DNA of 64,000 nt, taken from assembly GCA_965178125.1 (NCBI GenBank), contig OZ237738.1:186001-250000 (forward strand), in the 5' to 3' direction. Within the stretch, counting starts at the first letter, position 1, and each line of letters begins with the position of its first letter. Positions 11,997 to 24,624 of the stretch are shown here, piece by piece. Below the pieces are notes generated by a model. It searched no databases, was not told where the DNA came from, and saw nothing but the letters and a program-made list of their open reading frames with translations. The position numbers and the translations under genes were made by a program. Origin of the DNA: Bilabrum cf. latius. Lineage: Eukaryota.

Positions 11997-14900
11997 ATGC
12001 CTGCCAACGGTCGCCCGAATCCGCTGCTTTCTGCTGATCGCCGCGACATCAAAACCCCGGAGTCACCCAACCACCCGCCATCTCCAGATGGATTGCCAAA
12101 TGGTGGAGTTGTAGGGGGTTTGCCTGCAGCCACGGAAGTGCCTGCCTCCGCAGGTGGCCGGCCGCCGTCTCCACCAGTTCCGATGGTGTCGAGGCGACCT
12201 CCGTCCGATGTGAGGACAGCAAGGAGTACTGACTAGCCCAACTAGTGGGTGTATGGTCAAGCGTAGCAGCAGAAGGCCGGCAGCGGCACCTCTGCACATC
12301 CTGCAGCGGCAGCCTCGCGCGCTCCTGGCCCACCGCCTCGGAATTCGCGAGGAGGCGAGCAGCGATCGAGCAGCGGCCTTGCAAGTGCGCAGCGGCCCAG
12401 ATCGATCCTTCCACCTCCTAGGCTTCCCATTGCCGGCCCAAGCGACAGCCCGATCGGCAGGCCTCCGCGCCAGCGCAGCCGGAGCCAAAGCCCCGGGTCT
12501 GCGTCACCCGGCGCCGGTTCCGCGGCGCGCGGCGCCTCTGACAGCGAGCCGATCCGGTCCGTGACCGTGCACACCCGGGTGCGCCCCTTGGTGGAGCGCG
12601 AGACCCGCTCCAAGGCGCAGCCCGTCTCCTGGCGCATCACCCGGTCCGCCATCCTGGTGGACGATGGCCTCCGCAAGCGGCCCTGGTCCTTCGATAGGGT
12701 GTTCGCCCCTGGGGACGGGAACGCCGGCGTGTACCAAGAGGTGGCCCGCCCCATCGTGCGGAGGGCGCTGCGGGGCTACAACGGGACGGTGTTCTGCTAC
12801 GGGCAGACCGGCTCCGGCAAGACGTACAGCATGGTCGGTACCATGGGCGGGGGTGCTGCTGCACGGCTAGAGACGGAGGGCGGTGACGTGTCTAGTGCTG
12901 GCGATGGTGATGGGGGTGGCGGTGCGGCCAATGACAGCCGGGGCATGCTGCAGCGGGCCGTGGCCGAGGTGTTCGAACACGTGGAGGGGGAGAGGGCGAG
13001 GGCCAGGAGGCTGGCAGCCAGGGCGCAGCGGGCGCTGGAGGCCAGCGGGACTGGGGAGCAGACGGGGGGCACGGCAGGCAGCGGCAGCGGCAGCGGCAGC
13101 GGCAGGGCGGGCTCCAGGTCCAGGGCGAGGACAGAGCCCAGCGTGCACAGCAGCACCCAGCTGGGCTCCCCCGACTCCGAGTCGAACGCAGGCAGCAGCA
13201 GAGGGTCCTCGCCGCAGAGCACGGGCGCGGGTCGGGCCCAGTCCCCGATGGCGCGGGCCGTGTCCGAGGGTGGGCCCTGGGACGAGCACGAGTATCTGGT
13301 GCGGGTGTCGTACCTGGAGGTGTATAATGAGGAGGTGAACGACCTGCTGCAGGACTCCAGGGCCGGGCACGGCGTGAACCTGAGGATCCTGCGGGATGAC
13401 CCCGTGAAGGGGGCCGTGGTGGAGGGTCTCACCGAGAGGGTGTGCACGGACAGGGGCACGGTCTTCTAGCTGCTGCGGACGGGGGAGCTGAACCGCAGGT
13501 ACGGCTCTCACGACATGAATGCCAGGTCCTCGAGGAGCCACACGGTCTTCCGGATGACCATTGAGAGGAGGACCACGCACCACCCGGGGACACACCGGGG
13601 AGCAGGCAGGGGCGTGCCTGGGTCGGACGGGTGGACGGAGGTGGGCCAGGTCAGCGCCGGGCCCAGGACATCGCAGTGGACGGCGCACCTCGCTCTCGTA
13701 GACCTCGCGGGGTCGGAGCGGCAGACGGACACGGGCACGAGCGGCGAGAGGCTCAAGGAGGGCGGGGCCATCAACCGGTCTCTCTTCGTCCTGGCCCAGG
13801 TGGTGAACAAGCTGGCGGGGAACGCCAGGAGATTGGAGGCGGCCCGCAGGCTGAGGAGGAGAGCAACCTCTGACTCGGACGAGGGCGGCAGCCACGTGGA
13901 CTCTCAGTCGCTCCGTGGACTCGAGGACGAGTTCGTGTTGGATGATGACGACGATGGGGACGGTGCCAAGAGTGGCGGGGGCAGCAGCAGCGACACGAGG
14001 AGGAGGAACCGCCGCAGGAGCGACGCGGATGACGAGGGGGAAGAGGGAGAGGGAGAGGATACGGTGAGTCCTCTCAATTTCGCGAGGAGTATGGCCAACA
14101 AGACGCGGGGAAAGGGGATGCTGGCGCTGGGGGAAATGGACGCGGGCACTTCGCCCAGCGGTGCCGATCGGTTCTTCGGGGACTCTAGTGGTGGTGGTGG
14201 TGGGTCTCCCTCAGCCGCGGGGGGAAGGGGGGGTTCTAGACGTGTGCCCAAGCGGACTCGCTCCATGAGCATGATGCCTTCTCCCACGGGTGGCACTGGT
14301 GGCATGGGGCTGGGATCCTCCCCACGAGCCAGCGCGGCCACGGAGTCTCCGTTGCGGAGGGCGCTCCGGGGCGTGGGCGGCTTGCCTCCCGCCGTGGCCC
14401 GGTCCAGCATCGGCCAGGACCAGGGGCAGCCGACGGACCCGCCCGGTTCTCCTCGTGGCTCTCGCAGGCGGCGCGCCTCTGCCCTCCGCAGGGGCTCCCT
14501 CCGCCTCAAGACCTTTGGGTCCTCGTCCTCCAACAGCGGGTCCGGAGGGCCTGGGCACCTGCTGGACCCAGTGGCCCCGCCCAGCACCAGGGGCAGGTCG
14601 GGCGGATCTCTCAAGAGACACGCGACCTCGCAGGGATTCGGATTCGGGTCACCGCCCTCATCGCCCAGCGGTAGTACCGACGGCCGATTCGACTTTGGGG
14701 GCATCACTGGGAGCAGCAGTAGTCGCGGCCCGCCCCTGGAATCGCTGGACGACCACGTGCCCTACCGCAGCAGCAAGCTGACCCGCATCCTGCGGCAGTC
14801 GCTCGGTGGCAACTCGTTCACTGCGGTGCTGCTGTGCATCACGCCGGCGGCGCAGCACCAGCAGGAGAGCGTATCCACGCTTCAGTTCGGTCAGTCCTGC

Positions 14901-17900
14901 AAGCGAATCAAGAACCAGGTCGTCAAGAATGATGGGGCCGGAGCGGGATCGGGCGCCCCTGGCACGCCGGGGTCTGGAGGGGCGGGCGAGGGGGGCAGAG
15001 GCGCGGGCGCTGCCCGGCAGGCCGAGGTGGCTCGCTACCAGGAGCAGGTGCAGGCGCTGCAGCGAAAGATCGAGGACATGGAGGAGGAGCTGGAGACGAG
15101 GCGCGCGTCCGAGGAGCAAAGGGAGAAGGAGGGCGCCTCGGCGCAGGAGCTGCGGGCTGCTAGGCAGGAGGCCGATGGGCTCAGGCGCAGGGTGCAGCAG
15201 GACGAGGAGAGGGCGAGGGACCTGCAGCGGTCTGTTGATCGACTCAAGGGGCTCATCGCGAGTGCCACGCCAGTGATGCCGCAGAGGGCGCCCGGAGAGG
15301 GTCGTAGAGGAGGACGCCCAGGCTCGGTGGGTGGATCTGCCACGGCGCGCAGGAGGCGAGCCAGCCTGTCCTACTTGGGCTCGCCCGGGCTGATCCACCC
15401 AGGATAGGGGGTCGGGAGGCGGGGAGGGCGGGGTGACCCTGATACTGAGAGCAGTGGTGTCGCTGTGGAGGAGGCGCTGGGCCTCGCTGGCTCTGGCGTC
15501 CTGCTGAGCAGCGTGCGAGGACCAAAGGGGGGAGCGGCAGCCGGGAATGGGGACAAGGGGAGAAACGGGGCCTCGGCTGTCCCGGACGGCCGGGCCGCGC
15601 TTGCATTGATTGCCCGCTCCCGGCACGGCGGCATCGGAACCATCCAGCTGCGAGCCATGGGCATGGGTGGGCGTGCATCGGATGCCAGTGCCAGCCCACA
15701 GGCGCGAGCGGTGGGGCGGTGGGCAGGCGATTCCGAAGGTGCTGGCAGCAGCAGCGATCGAGGCGATGGCTCCTCTTCCCTGTCCTCCGGCGGTGACGTC
15801 CCTGGCCTGGCGTGGCTCGCGGGGGGCAGCAGCAGCGGTGGTGGTGCCACCCGCCGGCTGGCTGAGCTCGAGGCGGCCCGGGACGACGACTTCTCGGACG
15901 TGATCGCCTCGCTGGCCAAGGCCTCCAAGCGCAAGGCGGCCTCGCACGCTGCTGCCCTGCATAGTCTGGAAGAACAGCTGCGGGAGGCGCAACAAGCGGG
16001 TGCCAAAGCCAGGGCTGACACCGAGCGGGCCCTCGATGCATAGCGCAAGGCCGATGAGGCGCGAGACAAGGAGGCCAGGCGGGCAGAGCAGGCGCTGGAG
16101 CAGCTCGTGGCCGCCCGGGATACCGAGCGATCGCTGTCATAGGAGAAGAGCCGTGCAGATGCGCTGGAGAACAGGCTGACAGAGCTGGACGATCTGCGGA
16201 AGGAGTTGCAGCGGGCGCACGAGGAAACCAAGGATAGGCAGGAGCAGCTGGACGAGAAAGAGAAAGAGACGGAGGGGTTGCAGCGGGAGCTAGAGACTGC
16301 GAGGCAGGAGGCCGCCAGCGCGAGGGAACAAGCCAGCGAGGCGAATGGACGGGCGCAGGAGCACAAGCGCAGGCTGGCAGAGGAGGAAGTCAGAGGGAAG
16401 CTGCTGCAGGAGCAGCTGCAGGCCGCGAGGGGGCAGCTGGGGGAGGCTCGGCAGCAGGCGGGCCGCGCGCAAGAGGAGGCCAGCCAGAGGTCCAGGGAGC
16501 TCGAGGAGGCCCGGGCCGGCGAGAAGGCAGCCGCGCACGAGGCCCGTGAGCTGAAGCAGCAAGCAGAGGCGGTGGAAGAGGCCAAAGAGGCAGCGAATCG
16601 GATCAGTGCAGAGGCTAGGGAACAGATGGAGGAGGCGGAGCGGCGCTCGGAGGACGTGGGGGGCAGAGAGGCCGCGCTGGAGCTCAGGACGGCCTCGGCC
16701 TCGCGAAGGGAGGCCGAGGTGGAGGCGAGAGAGCTCGCGGTGGCTGCCAGGGAGGATGCAGTGGGCAGCAGGGAACAAGAAGCGGACGGTAGGGAGGATG
16801 CCCTGGATCGAAGGGAGGCCGAGACAGCCCGTGAGGAGCAGGCGCACGCGGCGGAGCGAGAGGAGCATGAGAGGACCGACGCGGTCGTGGCAGCCGTGCG
16901 GAGGGCCCTGCTGCAGCGCGCGCTGGCGAGGGTGAGGGAGTCGAGGGCGAGGGCGGAGGCGGCGCAGGCAGCCGAGGCGGACGCGGCCGCTCGCTGCGAG
17001 GACGCGCGCGCTGCGGAGGAGCGGCTCCGGGGCGTGCGCGCGGGTCTGGAGCGCGAGAGGGTGACGATCGAGGAGGCCCGAGGGGAGATCGACCGTTCGT
17101 CAGGGGCGCTGCAGCGGCGGGAGGAGCGCGCGCAGGAGAGGGAGCAGGAGCTGCGCGATGCACTTCAGAAGGAGAGGGAGTCGGTGGAGGCGGCCTCCGC
17201 CCGAGAGCGCTCACTGGACGAGAGGGAGGCCCGGCTCGGCAGGCGCGAGGACGAGCTGGGCGAGAGGGAGGCTCGGCTGAGGGAGAGAGAGGGGGAGGCG
17301 AAGGGCCTGCAGGAGGCGGCCCGGCGGCGCAACGAAGCCGTCACGCTGGCCGCCGTGGCGGTTGGGCTGGACGAGGCCCAGGTCCGCGACAGGGAGTCGA
17401 GGGTGGGCAGTGCTCTGCAAGGTGCGGACGGCGCGGCGGACATGGCGGCCCGCTCGCTGGAGGCGGCTGCCCAATGGGAGGAGGACGCGAGGCAGGCGAG
17501 GAAGCGGCTGGAGGCCCGGGCGCAGAGCCTGGCGGAGCGAGAGCAGAGGCTCCGGCAGGAGCAGAGGGGCGTCCTGGAGGCGAGGGCTGCCGCAGAGGTG
17601 GCGCGGGCCGAGGCGGCGGATCGGCTGCAGAGGGCGGGAGCTGCAGATGAGGAGTCGACCCGGCTGCGGGGAGAGCTGGAGAAGAGACAGGCGGAGCTGG
17701 CCCGCCTGGAGGATGAGCTGTCCCGGAGGGAGAAGGCGCTCGAGAAGGCCACCGCGGCCGCCCGCATGGCAGCGAGCCAGCAAAAAATAGACGAAGGTGA
17801 CATCGCGGCTGCCGCGCGCCTGTCCGCCGACGGCGAGGTGGTGGACCCCGACGTGCGAGCCGCGGAGGAAGCGGCTCTGCGGGATGCTGTGCGCGGTCGC

Positions 17901-20327
17901 AGCGCCGCGGAGCACGACTCAAGGGAGGCCCGGCAGGCCATGGGTGCTGCGCTGCAGCGGGAGGCGGAGGCCCGCCGGGAGGTGGCTCGTCTGGAGGCCA
18001 AGGTGGCTGCCCTGATGCTGGGAGCGCTATCTCCCGGGCCTTTGTAGCATTCACGCAAGCGCAACAACAGCCGAATCGGGGACGGGGATATGGGCGGGAG
18101 TGGTCACCGCGGGTAGGCGAGGGGCAGGAGGAGGCGGAGCAGGTCCAGGTCCAGGTCCAGGTCCAGGTCCAGGTCCAGGTCCAGGTCCAGATCCATGGCA
18201 AGGTCTACATCTGGGTCCTCTCCTGGGGGGCGCAGGCGGCTGTCTTCAGGAAGGGCGGGGGTGGGCAGCGGGTCTCGGTCCAAGCGGAGGAGGCCGACGC
18301 ATGCTGGCAGCGAGGACCAGGGCCAGGGCCAGGACAAGGACGAGGACTAGGACGAGGACCTAGCAGGGACTGGCGACGATGATGTGGGCCAGAGCAGCGA
18401 ACCAGGGTATGCCCGGGCGGCGGAGCGGCACGAGAGGCAGGAGCAGGAGCTCGCTGAGCAGCGGAACCGGGATGTCCATGCGCGGCGCCGGAGTTCCGGG
18501 TCATTCTCGCAGCCTCGGTCTCGAGGGGGCAGCCGAGGCAGGGTCTCGAGCAGGGTCTCAATCACCGGCAGGATCGGGAGAGGCGATGAGAAAGAGAGCA
18601 AGAGCAAGACCCCAGTGTCTAGCGGGGCGGAGCATGCGGTGGCTGGGCCTTTGAAGCAGTCGCCAGGGCCCGCGCAGAGCTCCCGACCGGATTCAAAACA
18701 AGTAGGCAGTCCACGTCCGAGCAGCGCAAAGGCGAGCCCGGAGCAGTCGTCCCCTGCCACCACTGGCCCTGCAGTCACAGCAGCAGCAACAGACACTACA
18801 CCGTAGCCCCGGCATGCCCTTCCCTCTGCCCACGTGTTGGACGGAGGTGGTACAACCACGGCCTCCACCTCGATCGAGTCCCAGCACGAGCACGGGCTTC
18901 AATCGCACTCGCTGGGCGCCGGCGATACGGTCGCTTCGATCCAGGACGGCGCCGCTGCCGAGATGCATGCAGGTCTAGCCATTGGCAAGGTCAAGGGCAA
19001 GACTGGTACGGGTGCAGGCGAGTCCAAGGAGAGCCTCGGAACGCGGGACTAGGGGGGGGACATGGCCGTGCCGACCGCCACGATTGACCTGCGGGGGTTC
19101 ATGGACGAATTCAACGCGGCTGCCTCGCTGGGCGCAGCCAGCAGAGGGACAAGGCGCGGGGCCAGGCCAGGGAACAAGGGACCCGGCCTCCGAGTGAAGG
19201 TTGGTGCAGCCAAGCCCGTTGCACTGCATGGTAATGCGGTTGCCTAGAGCGAGTCACCAGGAGCTGCGGACGGGACCGGTGGGTCCTACGCGCGGCGAGC
19301 GGCAGCAGCTGCCGCTGGCTCGCAGCTAGGCAAGCAGACGCGGGGCGGCAGGACGCCCAGGCGTGCCCCCGGGCGGTCCGGCGCGGCCCGCCGCACCCGC
19401 TCCCCTATGGCGGCCTCTGTAGCCAGCAGCAGCCGCAACAACGGAACTGCCAGCGTGCGGAGAAGCCGCGAGGGCGGCGCACACCGGCACCCGTCCCCGC
19501 GCGCCCGAAGCAGGGGGCGCGGCACCAGCAGCCCGTCGGGTGCAACTGCCCCCATCCCGTCCCCGTCCGAGCCGGGGTACCGCACTGCAGTGCGAGCTAA
19601 GGTGCGCAGGGAGAGCACGGTGGCACAGAGGAGACGCGAGTAGAGGGAGCGCAAGGCGAGGGAGGAGACGGACAGGCAGTCTGCTTACAGGCGACAGGCA
19701 GCGGAGAATTTGAGAAGGGCGGCAGCGTCGTCCCCAGGGCCATAGGCCAGGGCCAGAGCTCTTATCGGAGGGAATGCAACTCGCGCGGCGGATGCACCTG
19801 GGTATGAAGACGCAGGTCAGGCCTCAGAATTGGCGGGTCTCAGCGCGGCCAGTGTCAGGGTTGGCGTCAGGGCGGCTGGTGCTCCGCTGGCGATCGAAAT
19901 CGTCCCCGTCAGGGATGGCGTGAGCGCTCCAGCGGCGGCCAGAGGAGTTCATGGAGCCTCGACTGGAGACTAGTCCCAAACTCCAAACTATGACAACTAG
20001 GATCCAGCATCGGAGCGTGCGAACGATGCTGGAGCCTGGGCCGCGACGGACGACTGGGGCATGCCAGTCTCGCAGCCCACACGGCCGCATAGAGGCCCAC
20101 AGTCATGGCAAAAGCACGTCGGAAGGCTTGCAGGATCTGTGGGTGATGCAGCTGGCGGCGCTGTACCATAGACATAGAGCAGCAGCTCTCGTCCGGAGGG
20201 TAAGGAGGCCTCAACGGTGGACAACGAAGTGCTTGTGTCACCGTCGCAGCTACTGCGCAAGGGAGCCATCCGGTTCGCCAACCCGGCAACCGAAAGTGAT
20301 AGCGATGCTGTTGTAGTCGAAGGCTAA
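11997..20327 (+). CDS. Giant kinesin (about 2776 aa; CENP-E/kinesin-7-like motor, long coiled coil, disordered tail)
   Basis: P-loop YGQTGSGKT, SYLEVYNE, switch I NARSSRSH, switch II DLAGSER, HVPYRSSKLTRILRQSLGGN. One frame across about 19 TAGs, including TVF*LLRTG inside the motor at 13467-13469. Coiled coil about 15000-18030. First TAA/TGA in frame is TAA 20325-20327. Subfamily tentative. Confidence 0.88.
18141..18192 (+). repeat. (AGGTCC)n hexamer repeat, about 8 copies, encoding an Arg-Ser dipeptide run in the kinesin tail
   Basis: Direct tandem repeat visible in sequence; reads RSRSRS in the kinesin frame. Confidence 0.85.
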
Positions 20328-21049
20328 ATGTTGTTGTCGGAGGTGCATTCGCGGAGTATACATGCTGAATAAGTGGCTACGACGACAATCGCCGAAACCC
20401 CGATCCGCAGGCCCCAGGGACGGTCGCAATCCATCATCGACGAGCCGGTCCAAGTAGCAGTCTGTCTATCTCCAAGAGTTTTGTAGGACCCCATTCTATG
20501 TAAGATTGTGAGTTGTTGCGTTAAACGGGCTGTTTTTTTTTGGGACTGGATTGGTCTGGCAACGGTCCAAGCAAGTAAGTAGTACAAGATGTTGGGGAGA
20601 CAGCGGAACGTGGATAGCCGAACGGGTGGCCCGTCGACGAAACCCGGCCTCTCCTGTCGGTTGCGATCCGTGGTTGTTTTAACATCTTTCCATGGACATG
20701 CGACCGTCCTTGTGTCCGTTCCAAGTGCCTGCTAGGCTACCGTAAGCAGTCCGAATGGTACAAGCCTCATTCCAGCTTCATAGCGCGCCGCAGGCACCTC
20801 GTGTTCGATTATTGCCAACGACTTGGATAAATTTAGACCACTAACGAATCTAGAAGGCGCATATTGGGGCGAGAGACCGCGTAAACCTGTGTCTGCGGCA
20901 ACAGAGCCGCTCATTGTCCAAGCGTCCGCTCGTAGGCGAGTGGAAGACATACTGCCCCCAACGGCAAGCTGGACTTGCTCGTGTTCGCAGCTCCAAGCAT
21001 CAGATAAGGTTGCGTTCAGGGTTGCTATTTTACCCCAATAGCGGCGACC

Positions 21050-24000
21050 ATGAGCCTGAATCCCGTAGAAGCTGCCTACAGCCAAATTGCAGAATTAACC
21101 CCGCCGGCGCGTGCACACGCCGGCGGCCGATGCAGCGATGTATCGCCGACCGTGGCAGATCCGGCTGGCTACGCGCAATAGTGTGCAAAGCTAGCATGGC
21201 ATTGGCAAGACATGATTGGAGCAAGTGTGCAAGTCAGGCACCGCCAGATCAATACCAGCGCTAGTGGCAGTCCGGGGGTCGACTGGGCCTCCTTGCGCTC
21301 GAGCTGGGCCTCCAGACCACGACCAGACGGCATTGCCGATGCTGACTGTGCATTTGGCTCGCAAACTTTAGCCGCTCCACGTAAGTTGAAGATTGTGCTG
21401 TGTGTTGCGCTTGATGAGCTCACAGAGTGGTGCTTTCCCCGTGATTGCTACAAGTTTGATCCACTTTGGATGCCTCCCTCCACCAACTTTGCAGGACAAG
21501 CCCGGGCTTCTTCCCAACTGAAACACGGTGATACACGGCCACCTTCGCCGCAGACGAGGCCAGTGCCCGCATCCAATTCGTCGGTCGATCGCAGCCGTCC
21601 GGTTTCTCCGACGTCGGCGGATTCCGCAATCGAGAATCGGCCCGCCGACAACCAGCTGGGCCAAACATCGGGCAAGTCTATGATTCGAACTACTACGTAT
21701 GGCAGCACTACTGCTCTTGCAACTGCTCTGGAGGCTGGACAAGCCGTGCAAGACGCCAGGCAGCAATCCGCTGTTGGCACCACTGGCTGGGGCCGGAGCA
21801 CGAGACCTACCCACTGGCACGATGCATCATTCGCACCCCGAGACAAGTGGTGGGCGTTTCCACTCAGGTACAGCCAGTCTGTTGCAGAACAGCCCCAACC
21901 ACTGATGATGCCGGGCCCGCACTCCCACTTGCAGTGGACAGGGGGCGACGGCAGCGACCACTCCTCGCCGCACCACACCGCCGGCATCTGCATCTCAATG
22001 ATTCCAGGAGACGAACAGACGCACCTGAGGCATAAGATGTACGATATCGCACCCCTGGACTCAGACGCAGCCGCTGGCCTTCTCGCCCTGAGCCAGGGCG
22101 GCATGGGCATGGACCAGAACCAGGACCAGATACCGGAGCCGCGGACGAGCGGGTGGCAGCCGTCTCTGCCGGGGAAGTAGATGGTCGCAAGTTTACCAAG
22201 CCACCGCATGCACCATGACCGCTCCAGCGCTGGGGGTGCGTCTGGTGCCGCTGCAGTGCTGCCAGCAGCAGGCTTGCGTACTTTGCCAACAGTGAGCCAC
22301 CGCGTGCCCAGCACGATCGGGAAGAAACGCCTGCGCCACTCGATGCAAAGTTCTGGGGCCATGTTTGGCACAGGATTTCGCGCATCCAATAGTCTGCCAC
22401 AGCACGTAGCCCGCGGCCCAGCGGTCCAAAGCCGGGTCATGCCCCTCCGATACTGGGGTAGCGAGAGCCTCCGAGCCGGGTCTGTAAGAAGGACCGGGCA
22501 GGGGATGGCGGCTGCTACCCGACAGAGCGCACTCAAACGTGGCCGCAAGGAATCGTCAGGGTCTCAGTCATAGAGTGTATTGGACCAGCACGCCCATGGC
22601 AGCGTCTGGATCGACCACGGAGTTGCACATAGATCGGGCCAAGGTACTGCCCTCCCGACCACTACTGCCAGCCGCAGAGAATCGATCGTTACCCACAGCG
22701 GGCGTGCAACGCCGACTCGTCTTTTATCTAGCACGATGTCTGCATCTATTTCGCCCAGATTTCCCCCTATGAACAGTGTCGGGCCGGGGTCTAACGGCGC
22801 TGGAGCTGGAGACATGCAGAGCGCAGCGCGTCTCGCGAATTGCAGGAGCCCCCGTGCTCGTGCAGCGCTGGACATTCACAGCGGCAGTTCTGCCAGACGC
22901 CCGGCTCGTGGCTTTGGAGGCACTTGGGGTAGTGCATTCGCGTCGGCTGGGACCCCAGGATCATCGCGGGAACTCGAGACAGCCAGCCCAGGGCAACTGA
23001 CGGTATCGGCCATCACGGTCCAAACACTATCCCGAGCTGCACGTGCCTTGCGGCGCACCTCACCCGCCCTAGAGGTCCCACTGGGAGCACTGCTCGCCGG
23101 TGTTTTGCCTTCGGTGGTGCGACGCCCAGCCAAGGGGCTGCCTACCGGCATGTCAGAGGGAGGACTCGACCTGGCTTCACTGACACGTGGTGGTGATGTG
23201 GAGGTATCTCTCGCCTCGGCAAGTAGCAGTCCAAGTGATCGGGGCTGTGTCGAGATTAAAACGCAGCTCACTTTGGTGGAGAAGCTGATAGATGATGTTG
23301 AGACGGCTCTTCAACGCCGTGAGTTCAGCAGCACGACAAGCGGAGACAGCCTGAGTGGCGACGCTAAGGCTGCACTGAATCGGCTCGCGCTGCTGGTGTG
23401 TGGACCTGAAGAAAATGGAACAGAAGGGGCGTCACCCTACCGTGATTGTGCCGCAGAGGTGCTGTCAGCACTGCTCGGCATGGAGCAGCGCTTTCTGCAA
23501 GGTGCGCTTCGTGGCTGGGCCCTGCCCTGCCTGGGTCAGCTGGCCGGGGACAGGCACTTTCATGTTGCTGCTGCACTGCTTTGGGCCTAGAAGACTCTTG
23601 CTGCCCCAGGGGCGCGCAACTGCGTGATGGTGGAGGCAGTTGTCTCTGACCGGGCCGAGACTGTCCTCCGAGCATGCCCACGGCATGTTGATCGAGCGTG
23701 CAAGGAGGCAACCAAACACGCCGAGACTACCGCAGATGCTAGCATTGCAATCACAGAGGCAGGAGTGGTGCTTTAGACAGAGTCCATGACTTCTGCAGGC
23801 TACACTGCCCGGCATGATGATGGCAGTAGGTCCTGCTCCTCCCCTCAACCAATGCCGTCGAGCTCCTCGCCCTCGTCCTCCTCGTGGAGTGCTGTGCCGC
23901 GTGCATCGACACTACTGGGAGGCCCACACACCAGCGAAGGGGGGGCAATTGGCGCTCGTTCTGACTCCTTGCCCGCGCCCGTGTCCTCTGAAGTTAAGAG

Positions 24001-24514
24001 CGAGGTGCACCCACCATGCGTGTACAGAACGTAGATTCGGGGCCAAATCCCGCTCTGCTGCCTGCGGCTGCGGGTGCCCGCCAGCGCAACCTTCTTGAAC
24101 CGTCCTGGTGCGGGTGCAGGTGCAGGTATTGATGCTAGCGCAGAGTATCACAGCGCAAACTAGGGTAACTGTAGCGCTTCTGGCCGCGTGTATGCAACTA
24201 GACTTGCCGGTGGGGCCGTTGTCCTGCGTAGAAGTCCCACAGACCCACTTGGCCTGCTGGTGGATGGTGAGACCAGGCTGGAGTGCCTGGGCGCGGGACC
24301 TTCTCCAGGGGGTGGCATGGCGGAACGCGGCGCGGTGTGCGTGCCAGTGGTGCGCATGGGTGGGCCCTGCATGGGGGAGGTTCTACCCCAAGTCATGTCA
24401 GTGCAGGTGCAGCTGACTGACCTGGTTGCGGGCAGGGTGCCTGACCTGTCGGGCGCAGGCGTGGGTGTCTGTAACTCGCTGGGCAAGTTTTGGGCAGGTA
24501 GCATGGAGGCATAA
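21050..24514 (+). CDS. Hypothetical protein (about 1100-1150 aa), no recognised domain; possible in-frame intron 21381-21494; 5' end uncertain
   Basis: ORFs 21212..22180, 22181..22573, 22580..23590, 23786..24034, 24188..24514 share one frame joined by about 7 TAGs and end in TAA 24512-24514. Confidence 0.6.
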
Positions 24515-24624
24515 CGAACGGTGGTGTGCTTGAACGCTGAAGAGGACAGGAAATGAAACAGAGTGGGTCTTTCGTACAACCTCATCAGTATCCACGACAC
24601 CACGCCATGCTTTGCACCCGACAA

